This document shows positions 8,640 through 19,622 of a DNA stretch of 32,000 nt, in pieces. Origin of the DNA: Nostoc punctiforme PCC 73102 (lineage in GTDB: Bacteria > Cyanobacteriota > Cyanobacteriia > Cyanobacteriales > Nostocaceae); NCBI RefSeq assembly GCF_000020025.1, contig NC_010628.1, forward strand, positions 210,001 to 242,000. The letters are read 5' to 3'. Both the position numbers and the translations under genes were made by a program. The notes below the pieces were generated by a model. That model searched no databases. It saw only the letters and a list, made by a program, of their open reading frames with translations, and was not told where the DNA came from. Position 1 is the stretch's first letter; each line of letters begins with the position of its first letter.

Positions 8640-9341
8640 ATGGTAGTTGCTCGTAAATCTGCTATTTCTGGAAGGGGTAATTGGTTCTGGCGAGATTCTA
8701 TGCTTTCTTTAGGGAGGCGACGTTCTGCGCGTATAGAGTCGTTAGCACAGAACGCTTCTACACCAGCGACCAAAGCCACACCCTTATCCTCTCAAAGACA
8801 ACAGCGTTCCTCAAAGAATTTAGCGGTTTCTGCCACAAATAAGGCAGCTATGCCCAAATCGGTGAAAGAGTTGGGTAGACAAAAGTTACCAAATCTCAAT
8901 GAGCAGTCCAGTGCGACTCAGAAGAGTTCAGGGGTAGATTTTCTTGGACTTCCGACAATGCCTAATTCTGGAGCCGCACCTTTATGGTTGTTGCGCTTGT
9001 ACACATTTCATCGTTATTCGGCAGTTTTGGCGTTCTTGGTAGTAGCATCGACACTTGCTGTTTATGGATGGACAGTATATTCCCAAGAGCTTTGGAGTAA
9101 GTCATATCGCAGGCTACAAAACCTCCAACGTCATGAGCGGCTACTAACGACAACCAACGCCACGCTGACAAATAGAATGGCTAAGGAAGCAGAACAACCA
9201 ACAGCAGGGCTAATATCGCCAACCCCTCAAGGAATGATTTTCTTGTCTCCAGCACCTCACACTCCTAAGCCAGCATCATCTAATAACATAACGCCAAGTT
9301 CGGAAACGCAACGGCAAACGCTCTCACCACTTGGATATTAA
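8640..9341 (+). CDS. FtsL-like bitopic protein (basic Ser-rich N-terminus, one TM, leucine-zipper-like segment); start uncertain
   Basis: The ORF is open from 8451 (TTG); ATG candidates are at 8640 and 8700. TM segment YSAVLAFLVVASTLAVYGWTVY is followed by ELWSKSYRRLQNLQRHERLLTTTNATL. It lies immediately upstream of ftsI, as in ftsL-ftsI arrangements. Confidence 0.55.
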   Translation: MVVARKSAISGRGNWFWRDSMLSLGRRRSARIESLAQNASTPATKATPLSSQRQQRSSKNLAVSATNKAAMPKSVKELGRQKLPNLNEQSSATQKSSGVDFLGLPTMPNSGAAPLWLLRLYTFHRYSAVLAFLVVASTLAVYGWTVYSQELWSKSYRRLQNLQRHERLLTTTNATLTNRMAKEAEQPTAGLISPTPQGMIFLSPAPHTPKPASSNNITPSSETQRQTLSPLGY

Positions 9342-9351
9342 GAGTTAGGAG

Positions 9352-9371
9352 AGACGCGATTAATCGCGTCT
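9352..9371. repeat. Perfect 20-bp palindrome AGACGCGATTAATCGCGTCT
   Basis: Self-complementary sequence between the FtsL-like ORF and ftsI. It uses the same core as the arms of the hairpin inside the MITE at 15998-16062. Confidence 0.8.
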
Positions 9372-9446
9372 GTACAGGAGTTATGGAGTAACTAACTTTA
9401 AGTTTGGACTTTTGACTCCGAAAAGTAATTTGGTACTGAGTAGGCA

Positions 9447-11285
9447 ATGCAAAAATTACCAAGCAGAACAAGATTAAGAAAGTTTCGGAATCCAGGATTC
9501 AAAAAGCAGCAGAAGGGTTCTAAACGAGGGCTGTTGGGGACACTTGCCTCTAATATCCAAAATCAAACATCCAATACCAATTCCCGGCTGTTCGTCGTCT
9601 GGGGCGTATTAATGGCAGCAGGATTGGGGTTAGGTATCAAGTTGTATAACTTGCAAATTGTCAAGGGGACAAAATTAACAGAGCAAGCGCGAAACCAGCA
9701 AATGGTGGATTTGCGACCTTTTATGCCTCGTCGCCCGGTGGTAGATCGCAATAGTGAACTGTTGGCAATTGACCGTCCGGTGTATACTTTGTACGCTCAT
9801 CCCAAGCTGTTTGATAAGTCTAATGAAGAGATGGCAGAGCGACTTGCCCCAATATTGGCAAAAGATACTGCTGAATTGGTGAAAACTTTTCAAAGCAAAA
9901 GAAGCGGAATTATACTTGCCCCAGCCCTACCGGAAGAAATTATCGATCGCGTGACTTCTTTGCGTTTAAATGGCTTAGAGTTAATTCAAAAATACTCCCG
10001 ATATTATCCGCCAGACGATTTGGTCTCTGATGTGGTGGGTTATGTGAATGTTGACCGTCGTGGTCAAGCAGGTGTGGAATATTCTCAAGAGAAGTTGTTA
10101 GAACGTCCTGTGCAAACGGTGCGGCTCAGTCGCTCTGGTAATGGGGCCGTGATGCCGGATCATGCACCAGAAGGTTTTCTGCATTTTGATGATTTGCGGC
10201 TGCAACTCACAATCGATAGCCGGCTGCAACGGATTGCTAGCCTGGCACTCAAACAACAAATGGAGAAGTTTGATGCTAAACGTGGGGCGGTAATTGTAAT
10301 GGATGCGTTGGATGGTTCCTTACTCGCCCTCGTTTCTCAGCCTACCTATAACCCTAATGAATACGCTAAAGCTAATATCTCCCTGTTCAAAAACTGGACG
10401 GTGGCGGATCTTTATGAACCGGGATCGACTTTTAAGCCTTTGAATGTAGCGATCGCTCTGGAAAATAGTGTCATCAAACCGGATGATATGTTTAATGACT
10501 CCGGTTCTATTCGAGTAGCTAATTACACCATCAAAAATGCGATGAATAATGGTAATGGGCGAATCAGCATCGCCCAGATTTTGCAATATTCCAGCAACAT
10601 TGGCATGGTGCAAATTATCCAACGCTTAAAGCCTTCAATTTACTACAACTGGCTAGAACGCTTGGGGCTAGGACAAAAAGTTGATACAGATTTACCTTTT
10701 GAAGTTGGCGGTCGGCTCAAAAGTCAAGAAGAATTTATCGCTTCGCCAATTGAACCAGCTACTACTTCCTTTGGGCAAGGTTTTTCGATGACACCGATAC
10801 AGCTAGTGCAAATGCACGGTGCTTTAGCCAATGGCGGGAAATTAGTTACACCCCATGTAGTGCGCGGGTTGATTGATACCAAAGGGCAGATGCATGATTC
10901 ACCCACTCGCACTGTATCACGGCAAATTTTCTCAGCCGCAACAGCCCAAAAGGTCGTAGAAATGATGGAAACTGTTGTTAATGAAGGCAGTGGTAAGGCG
11001 GCACAAATTCCCGGATATCGCATTGCTGGTAAAACTGGTACAGCCCAAAAAGCTAGTCCGAATGGCGGCTACATCAAGGGTGCTAGAATGACGAGTTTCG
11101 TGGCTATTTTACCAGTAGAATCTCCTCGCTATGTAGTGTTTGCACTGGTGGATGAGCCAAAAGGAGAAAGTGCTTATGGTTCTACTGTTGCCGCACCAAT
11201 TGTTAAGTCAGTAATCGAAGCACTGATTCCTCTTGAGGAGATTCCGCCAAGTAAGCCGATTGAGCAACAGCCGAAAGCACCGTAG
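9447..11285 (+). CDS. ftsI: Peptidoglycan D,D-transpeptidase, class B penicillin-binding protein (FtsI/PBP2-type)
   Basis: 612 aa with an N-terminal TM and PBP dimerisation domain. Transpeptidase motifs STFK (EPGSTFKP), SSN (QYSSNIG) and KTGT (AGKTGTAQ). Confidence 0.92.
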   Translation: MQKLPSRTRLRKFRNPGFKKQQKGSKRGLLGTLASNIQNQTSNTNSRLFVVWGVLMAAGLGLGIKLYNLQIVKGTKLTEQARNQQMVDLRPFMPRRPVVDRNSELLAIDRPVYTLYAHPKLFDKSNEEMAERLAPILAKDTAELVKTFQSKRSGIILAPALPEEIIDRVTSLRLNGLELIQKYSRYYPPDDLVSDVVGYVNVDRRGQAGVEYSQEKLLERPVQTVRLSRSGNGAVMPDHAPEGFLHFDDLRLQLTIDSRLQRIASLALKQQMEKFDAKRGAVIVMDALDGSLLALVSQPTYNPNEYAKANISLFKNWTVADLYEPGSTFKPLNVAIALENSVIKPDDMFNDSGSIRVANYTIKNAMNNGNGRISIAQILQYSSNIGMVQIIQRLKPSIYYNWLERLGLGQKVDTDLPFEVGGRLKSQEEFIASPIEPATTSFGQGFSMTPIQLVQMHGALANGGKLVTPHVVRGLIDTKGQMHDSPTRTVSRQIFSAATAQKVVEMMETVVNEGSGKAAQIPGYRIAGKTGTAQKASPNGGYIKGARMTSFVAILPVESPRYVVFALVDEPKGESAYGSTVAAPIVKSVIEALIPLEEIPPSKPIEQQPKAP

Positions 11286-11287
11286 TA

Positions 11288-11351
11288 GGGAGCAGGGGGC
11301 AGGAGGGGGCAGGGGGGCAGGGGAGCAGAGGAGGCAGAGGGAGCAAGAGGG
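11288..11351. repeat. G-rich degenerate heptamer/octamer array (GGGGCAG/GGAGCAG type)
   Basis: Purine-rich tandem units begin 3 nt after the ftsI stop codon. Confidence 0.8.
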
Positions 11352-11453
11352 AAATAATCAATGCCCAATGCCCTTCTTTTGAAACTTAATCTTTGTTTAT
11401 AACCAGGGAAAGAGGTACAGAAAGCTACTGGTGTGGAAACCTAGGTATTAGAG

Positions 11454-12602
11454 GTGAAACTAATTTCTCACTTTTTCAAAGCTACCGAAGATTCCATGCA
11501 AAGCAATTTAGTTATATTTCCTAATGCTGGGACTGCGAAAAAAAGCACCCAAACAGAAGAAAGAACAATTACCAACTACGACCGTGCCGAGGAGCAATTT
11601 ATAGAACTGCTAGCAATGGAGGATTTGGATCGTAAGCTGGATGTAAAACCTTCAATAGCTAGTGAGTTTGAACAGGCGCTCTCAACAGCAATTCGCGGCG
11701 CTTATAAAAACGATCGCTCTAATGAACAGGCTCACCGTTTTCTGCAACGGATACTTTATCGAATTAATCGGCTAAAACTGTTTTGGTACGACGATTTGCG
11801 ACACTATACCAATGAGCGATCGCTTTATTTATGCTCATGTCGCGATCAAATTGAGGCTGCTTGGCAAAACTGGGAACTGGCACAGATAGATTTACCAGCG
11901 CTGCAACAATTGGATGTCAAACACGCTTTAATTGAGCGTGCATCTGCCGATTTAAACCCGCCTTTGTCGGATAGTAGCCGCTATATTCGTGAGGAAATGA
12001 CTGAAGCTGGCTATCGTCACCTGCTAGCGATCGGTTCCTTTGATGGCTTGGTTGAAGGTAGTCGTCTTTGCTACGTATTGGGTGGTGCTGCTAATGAAGT
12101 GCAGTGTACGCTGGTGCGAGTACTACTAGAAGAATACGGCAATGGTCGTTTATCCCGCAAGCACTCAACATTTTTTGCCCAAATGCTGGCTGAATTTGGG
12201 ATGAATACTGAACCAGAAGGATACTTCGATTTAGTGCCTTGGGAAGTTCTAGCTTGTGCTAATCATAATTTTTTGACCACCGATCGCAAACGCTATTTCC
12301 TACGTTATTGTGGTGCGTTGACATATTTTGAGGTGGCTGGTCCTGCGGCTTATAAAAACTATCTGGCGGCGGCGCAACGATTGGGACTGTCAGAGGCGGC
12401 GATGGGTTATTGGGAACTGCACATCAGGGAAGATGAACGCCACGGTCGTTGGATGTTAGATGATGTTGCTTTGTCTTTAGCAGAACAGTATCCCAAGAGT
12501 GCGTGGGAACTCGTGCTTGGGTATGACCAGGAGAAACTAATGGGCGATCGCGCCGCTAGTGCTGTTGTGCGATCGATACGCGAAGCAAAACAATTCGTCT
12601 AA
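11454..12602 (+). CDS. Heme-oxygenase-like di-iron (iron-containing redox enzyme, Haem_oxygenas_2-type) family protein
   Basis: 382 aa. Candidate metal-ligand motifs LLEEYGNGRLSRKHSTFF and YWELHIREDERHGRW resemble the HDO/CADD/PqqC-like fold. The start is either GTG at 11454 or ATG at 11496. Confidence 0.7.
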   Translation: MKLISHFFKATEDSMQSNLVIFPNAGTAKKSTQTEERTITNYDRAEEQFIELLAMEDLDRKLDVKPSIASEFEQALSTAIRGAYKNDRSNEQAHRFLQRILYRINRLKLFWYDDLRHYTNERSLYLCSCRDQIEAAWQNWELAQIDLPALQQLDVKHALIERASADLNPPLSDSSRYIREEMTEAGYRHLLAIGSFDGLVEGSRLCYVLGGAANEVQCTLVRVLLEEYGNGRLSRKHSTFFAQMLAEFGMNTEPEGYFDLVPWEVLACANHNFLTTDRKRYFLRYCGALTYFEVAGPAAYKNYLAAAQRLGLSEAAMGYWELHIREDERHGRWMLDDVALSLAEQYPKSAWELVLGYDQEKLMGDRAASAVVRSIREAKQFV

Positions 12603-12810
12603 CTCGTATGTGAAGAGAAATCCCAAAAATTGAAAATAGCAGGTTTTAGCATTTTAATTTGACATTTTTAAGTCATTTTATATCTAATTTTCCTGCAAAA
12701 AGATTTCTTTAGCAAGATATTGCTAAAGGAACAACTTCTTATTGCCTTAATACAAGGTAGTAAATAATTTCTTTCCTGCTTATTATACATTACCAACTGG
12801 TTGCAGTCAA

Positions 12811-13506
12811 ATGAAAGATATCTTTTTTTGTCCTGAAGAATCCAATTTCTACTCAAACTGTTTAGAAAGCTTTGTGATCAGAAATTGTAAAAGTTCTGAA
12901 TCTATTGTGGAGTTTGGTTCAGGAGATGGCAGCCCTGTAATTAATTCCTTATTGAGAAATAACTTTAATGGCGTAATCCAGGGATTTGAATTAAATACTT
13001 CTGCATGGAAGGTTGCAAATTCAACCATCGATGAATACAATCTCACAAATAAATATATAATCCATAATTCATCTTTGTTTAATTCTTCTCAACCAGATGC
13101 CGAGTATCTTGTAGCCAATCCACCCTATCTACCCGCACCAGATGACGATATTTATATACCACTCTTATTTGGGGGTGTAGATGGAGCAACAGTTACCAAT
13201 GATCTTTTATCGTTAGATTATGAAAATGTCTTGGTTTTAATATCTAGCTTTTCTAATCCCATAAATACGTTGAACCTAGCAAAAGAAAATGGTTATTATG
13301 TTCAAAATTTCATGGTGTTACCTTTGCAATTCGGCTACTATAGCTCGGAACCTAAAGTAAAAAACCACATAGAAGAACTCCGAAAAAACAAAATGGCGTT
13401 TTATTCTGGTGATTATTATTTTTTAGCTGGCGTTTTATTTACAAAATCAGAGAATCCAGGAATTGATTTATCTAATCAATTAGCTCAGGTAATGACGAGT
13501 TTGTGA
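12811..13506 (+). CDS. SAM-dependent methyltransferase, HemK/PrmC-like with NPPY motif
   Basis: 231 aa. Motif I VEFGSGDGSP and motif IV LVANPPYLP, followed by GGVDGA. Markedly AT-rich: 27 G+C in the first 90 nt by hand count. Confidence 0.75.
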   Translation: MKDIFFCPEESNFYSNCLESFVIRNCKSSESIVEFGSGDGSPVINSLLRNNFNGVIQGFELNTSAWKVANSTIDEYNLTNKYIIHNSSLFNSSQPDAEYLVANPPYLPAPDDDIYIPLLFGGVDGATVTNDLLSLDYENVLVLISSFSNPINTLNLAKENGYYVQNFMVLPLQFGYYSSEPKVKNHIEELRKNKMAFYSGDYYFLAGVLFTKSENPGIDLSNQLAQVMTSL

Positions 13507-13520
13507 AAATCAGGAATTCA

Positions 13521-13559
13521 GATTCCTGACTTCTTTAAGAAGTCGGGAATCTAATTTTT
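13521..13559 (+). terminator. Intrinsic terminator after the methyltransferase gene
   Basis: GATTCCTGACTTCTT t AAGAAGTCGGGAATC, a 15-bp arm pair with one G-U, followed by TAATTTTT. It sits between convergent genes. Confidence 0.65.
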
Positions 13560-13589
13560 CATGACTAAAACGTTTACGAAGAACAAGGT

Positions 13590-14588
13590 TTACAATCGAA
13601 GATTTTCCTTCACAGTAGAAGCCATATCCGGGTAATCGCTAAATACGCCATTAACACCTAAGCTGAAAAATAGTTCATATTCCCCTTGGGGATTTCCTTG
13701 AAAATCCAGTGGCAAAAAGCAGTCTTCATTGCGGAAAGTCCAGACATGAACCAGCAAACCAGCCGTATGAGCGTCAGTTACTAAAGATGTAGGCGATTGC
13801 AATTTACCACTACTATCTCTAGGAATCAGCAAATTTTTATGAACCCCAACCGCCTGTGCATATTTAGCAATTTCCCTTAAACCTGATGCAGTGACTAAAT
13901 CTGCATAAGTGCGTTCATCGCCACTAACAACAAAATCATTAGGCTTACCACTGTTATTCAGCAATTGCACCAGAGGTAAATCAGTCTTTGTAGATAAATC
14001 TTGTAAATTACTCACTTCAAAAGACTGAATGAAAATAGGTGCATTAGCTCCCTCATAACCGTTGGCTGTCAAAGTTGCAAGTAGGAATGGTTCTAGGGCT
14101 AACCCAATAGATTTAAAGTAAGTTGGGTGCTTAGTTTCTGGATAAATGCCGATCGCACGATTAATTTCAGCACTTTTACGCTTCACTAAATCGATGATTT
14201 CTTGCAGCGTGGGAATTTCAAAGAGTCCATCATAAGCGGTATTTTGCGATCGCATTTGCCCTATTCGCTCTTTGGCTCGTAGTGTTTTCAGTTCTGCCAG
14301 GGTAAAATCTTCAGTAAACCAGCCAGTTTTTGATTCGCCATCTATTATTTTTGTGGTTTGAAGGTGAGCAAATTCTACATGTCTAGCAACGTCGGTGGTT
14401 TCAGAAATCTCATTTTCGTGACGAGCAATTAAAACACCATCTTTGGTGGAAACTAAATCAGGTTCAATATAATCAGCACCTAGTACAATCGCTAATTCAT
14501 AAGCGGCTAAAGTATGTTCTGGACGATAGCCGCTAGCGCCTCGGTGTGCAATGATAATTGGAGATGTTGTACTAATAGCCACTGACAT
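13590..14588 (-). CDS. Glycerophosphodiester phosphodiesterase (GlpQ-like GDPD family)
   Basis: Motifs IIAHRGASGYRPEHT, YIEPDLVSTKDGVLIARHE and PETKHP. The ATG at 14588 (TTG at 14591) overlaps the upstream gene stop codon. No signal peptide is visible. Confidence 0.9.
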   Translation of the reverse strand: MSVAISTTSPIIIAHRGASGYRPEHTLAAYELAIVLGADYIEPDLVSTKDGVLIARHENEISETTDVARHVEFAHLQTTKIIDGESKTGWFTEDFTLAELKTLRAKERIGQMRSQNTAYDGLFEIPTLQEIIDLVKRKSAEINRAIGIYPETKHPTYFKSIGLALEPFLLATLTANGYEGANAPIFIQSFEVSNLQDLSTKTDLPLVQLLNNSGKPNDFVVSGDERTYADLVTASGLREIAKYAQAVGVHKNLLIPRDSSGKLQSPTSLVTDAHTAGLLVHVWTFRNEDCFLPLDFQGNPQGEYELFFSLGVNGVFSDYPDMASTVKENLRL

Positions 14589-15522
14589 CAACTAATCGAT
14601 ATCCCTCACCAACCAGTTTGTCAAAAGTAGCTTGATACTGTGCTGAAGTCAATCCATGTCGCGCCTGCCAAGCTGAACCACCAGACTTTTCCCAAATAGC
14701 GGCGTATCGGTTTTGTCCGTTGACATCATAACCACTTACGTCAACTAATCGATATCCTTCACCAACTAGTTTGTCAAAAGTCGCTTGATACTGGGCTGAG
14801 GTCAATCCATGTCGCGCTTGCCAAGCTGGTCCACCAGATTTCACCCAAATAGCGGCGTATCGGTCTTGTCCATTGACACCATAACCACTAACATCAACTA
14901 ACCGATATCCCTCACCAACCAATTTGTCAAAAGTAGCTTGATACTGAGCTGAGGTCAATCCATGTCGCGCTTGCCAAGCAGGGCCGTCAGACTTCTCCCA
15001 AATAGCGGCATATCTGTCTTGTCCGTTCACAGCATAACCACTAACGTGAACTAATCGATATCCTTCACCAACCAATTTGTCAAAAGTAGCTTGATACTGG
15101 GCTGAGGTTAATCCATGTCGCGCTTGCCAAGCAGGTCCACCAGACTTCACCCAAATAGCAGCATATCGGCCTTGTCCCTTGACCTCATAACCACTGACAT
15201 CAACCAAACGATATCCTTCACCAACCAGTTTGTCAAAAGTAGCTTGATACTGGGCTGAGGTCAATCCATGTCTCGCTTCCCAAGCCCCACTACCAGACTT
15301 CACCCAAATAGCGGCGTATCGGTCTTGTCCGTTAGCGATCGCTTGTCTTCTGACATCAGGTATTCTCTGTAATTGGGCAACATTTTGAGCAATTACCTTT
15401 GTATTTGTCTCACTATTGCTGACACTATTAGCAAAGTTAATGGGAGCGGCAAAAGCAGAACTGACTAAAGTTGCAAGTAACGCTGCACTAGAGGCAGTAA
15501 ATGTTAAAGAACGTATGAACAT
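14572..15522 (-). CDS. Secreted protein made of about 4.9 tandem 51-aa repeats (BTRD1-like, tentative)
   Basis: The ORF is open to 15558, but the ATG at 15522 gives the signal peptide MFIRSLTFTASSAALLATLVSSAFA. Repeat unit: RYAAIWVKSGGPAWQARHGLTSAQYQATFDKLVGEGYRLVDVSGYxVNGQD. Confidence 0.8.
   Translation of the reverse strand: MFIRSLTFTASSAALLATLVSSAFAAPINFANSVSNSETNTKVIAQNVAQLQRIPDVRRQAIANGQDRYAAIWVKSGSGAWEARHGLTSAQYQATFDKLVGEGYRLVDVSGYEVKGQGRYAAIWVKSGGPAWQARHGLTSAQYQATFDKLVGEGYRLVHVSGYAVNGQDRYAAIWEKSDGPAWQARHGLTSAQYQATFDKLVGEGYRLVDVSGYGVNGQDRYAAIWVKSGGPAWQARHGLTSAQYQATFDKLVGEGYRLVDVSGYDVNGQNRYAAIWEKSGGSAWQARHGLTSAQYQATFDKLVGEGYRLVDVSGY
14575..15321 (-). repeat. 153-bp tandem coding repeat, about 4.9 copies
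   Basis: The units differ by only scattered substitutions at the nucleotide level, for example 14575-14727 versus 14728-14880. Confidence 0.9.
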
Positions 15523-15949
15523 ATTAGTAAAATAAAAATGTAAATTTGTGGGCTGCACTGACTAAATAGGTTTGCATTTATTTTTTATGCAATACCCAGG
15601 TAGAGATGCTGATAATTGTGGATACTCAAGATTTATAGATGATTCCTGAATTCAGAATACCGAACTTTTATTTGTATATCTTTGGCATAACTTTACTATG
15701 TAGTTTTAGCTTATTTTCTGCCGATGATAGCTAATTAAAGGCGCGATACTCTCTATTTTGCGCTTTGCACTTTCTTACACTTTAAAGAAAAAGTATTTTA
15801 ACTCGCTGAGAAGAATATGAACTCAAATAAGCTTAGTACAAAATACATTTATATTGACTTTAAAACATCTTATTCCCCAGCTAATAAGAATGGATTCTAT
15901 GGTTATCGATCCATATTTTTGAGATGGGAACGATCGAGATCGCATCACT

Positions 15950-16085
15950 CTAAATACGGTTCGAATAAGGTTTTTTGATGAAAGTTATAGATCGCAAAGA
16001 CGCGATAAATCGCCGTATTTACAATCATCAGTCCTTTGTAGAGACGGCGATTTATCGCGTCTCTTCCCTTAACCGAACCGTATTG
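15950..16085. mobile_element. MITE-like element (about 136 bp) with an 8-bp target duplication
   Basis: Terminal inverted repeats AATACGGTTCG (15953-15963) and CGAACCGTATT (16074-16084). Internal perfect 19-bp inverted repeat at 15998-16016 and 16044-16062. Flanked by direct GCATCACT at 15942-15949 and 16086-16093. Confidence 0.75.
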
Positions 16086-16262
16086 GCATCACTAGTAATG
16101 AAAGTTGCCGAAAGATATCCGGTACTTCCTTGCCCTTGTTGTAGCGATCGCCTACTAAGACATCCAATTTGGGTAGAATATAATATGAAAGATTAATTCA
16201 TGAAAGCCTTGATTTCACAGGTTAGTTGCGGCTATCCAAACAATAGGCTTCAATATCTTTAA

Positions 16263-18332
<2,070 letters not shown>

Positions 18333-18356
18333 AGGCAGGGGGAACCCTATATAAAA

Positions 18357-18471
18357 GGCAATACGCTTGGGTTAAGCATTTTTTCTCTTCTCTCTGTTTC
18401 CTCTGCGCCTCTGCGGTTCGTTAAAAAAGTTGACTTTGACAAAGAGTTTGAGCCTTAACTGAACCGTATTG
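18357..18471. mobile_element. Second MITE-like element with related termini and an 8-bp target duplication
   Basis: Ends CAATACGCTTGGGTTAAGC and GCCTTAACTGAACCGTATTG resemble the termini of the 15950 element. Direct ATATAAAA at 18349-18356 and 18472-18479. The internal sequence differs. Confidence 0.6.
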
Positions 18472-19181
18472 ATATAAAAAGAGCGAAATTAAAGCAAGGC
18501 TAAGTTGCCCAGAGTCATCTGTAGCAAGCCCATAGGGTGCAGATGATTAGGCAGTTTAAAATTTGATACTTTTATACTACTGCAAATCGATAGGTTCAAC
18601 GTATAATATTTTTCAAATGCGATCGCTTCCTTTGGGATGTAGCCATTAAGTGCAAACAACATACCAAAGGAAACGGACGAGTGTGAACATCGCCCTATGA
18701 ATCAAACTATGGAGAATTCAGATGACTAACAAACACATTGAAGTCAAACAGGTAGCTGGTTTCATTGGTGCTGAAATCAGTGGCGTAGACCTTTCGCGCC
18801 CTTTGCACGATGATGCAGTTAAAGAAATTCGTCAAGCGCTATTGAAGTGGAAAGTCGTGTTCTTTCGCGGTCAGAACATCGATCATGCTGCACAGGTTGC
18901 ATTCACGGCTCGTTTTGGCGAAGTGACCTACGCACATCCCCACGAAGATGAGCCGATAGAAGGTTTCTCAGAAATCTTACCAATTGACCGCAGCCGCTAC
19001 GAACGGCGCAATGGTCTACGGCGTTCCAGCTACGAGAGTCGCTGGCATACCGATGTGATAGCAGTTGTCAATCCACCTGCGGCATCGATTTTGCGTGCAG
19101 TTAACGTTCCTAGTAGTGTACCAAGGTAACTTTGCTAAGTAAAACCTCTAATTGGTAAAATAGCCAAAAACGGGGTGTAAC

Positions 19182-19622
19182 ATGGCAAAAAAGTACATTG
19201 TTGACTTGAATGAAGATGAAGTTTCCCAACTGCAATCGATAATTAAGAAAGGTAAGCATAAGGCAAGAAACATAAGCCGTGCAAACATTCTTTTGATGGC
19301 TTCCGAAGGAGAAACGGATCAAGCGATCGCTAGCATAGTTAGAGCGCATGTTGCAACAGTGCAACGAATACGAGAAAAATTTGTCATTGGAGGGTTAGAT
19401 TTTGCTTTAAAGGATGAAGTTCATCCACCAAAACATAAAAAATTAGATGAAAAGCAAGAAGCATTTTTGATTGCAACAGCTTGTTCTAATCCGCCAGAAG
19501 GAAGAGTGCGTTGGACAATGCAATTATTAGCAGATCATTTAGTGAACGTTGGTATCATAGATTCAATCTCAGATGAAACAGTACGTCAAACTTTAAAAAA
19601 AATGAAATTAAGCCTTGGTTGA
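19182..19622 (+). CDS. IS630 transposase N-terminal (HTH) part, copy B
   Basis: Same as 896..1336 apart from T30N. The A8 run is at 19595-19602. Confidence 0.85.
   Translation: MAKKYIVDLNEDEVSQLQSIIKKGKHKARNISRANILLMASEGETDQAIASIVRAHVATVQRIREKFVIGGLDFALKDEVHPPKHKKLDEKQEAFLIATACSNPPEGRVRWTMQLLADHLVNVGIIDSISDETVRQTLKKMKLSLG

Noticed and set aside
14575-15321. A regular tandem repeat that could be mistaken for a CRISPR-like array
   Set aside because: The 153-bp units are contiguous with no unique spacers. They lie in one long ORF encoding a repeated protein domain.
15953-15970. tRNA T-loop-like GGTTCGAAT
   Set aside because: No acceptor, D or anticodon arms can be drawn around it. It is the terminal inverted repeat of the MITE-like element.
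15975-16196. 73-aa ORF upstream of ligA
   Set aside because: It starts inside the MITE-like element and runs through both arms of its 19-bp inverted repeat. It is most likely non-coding.
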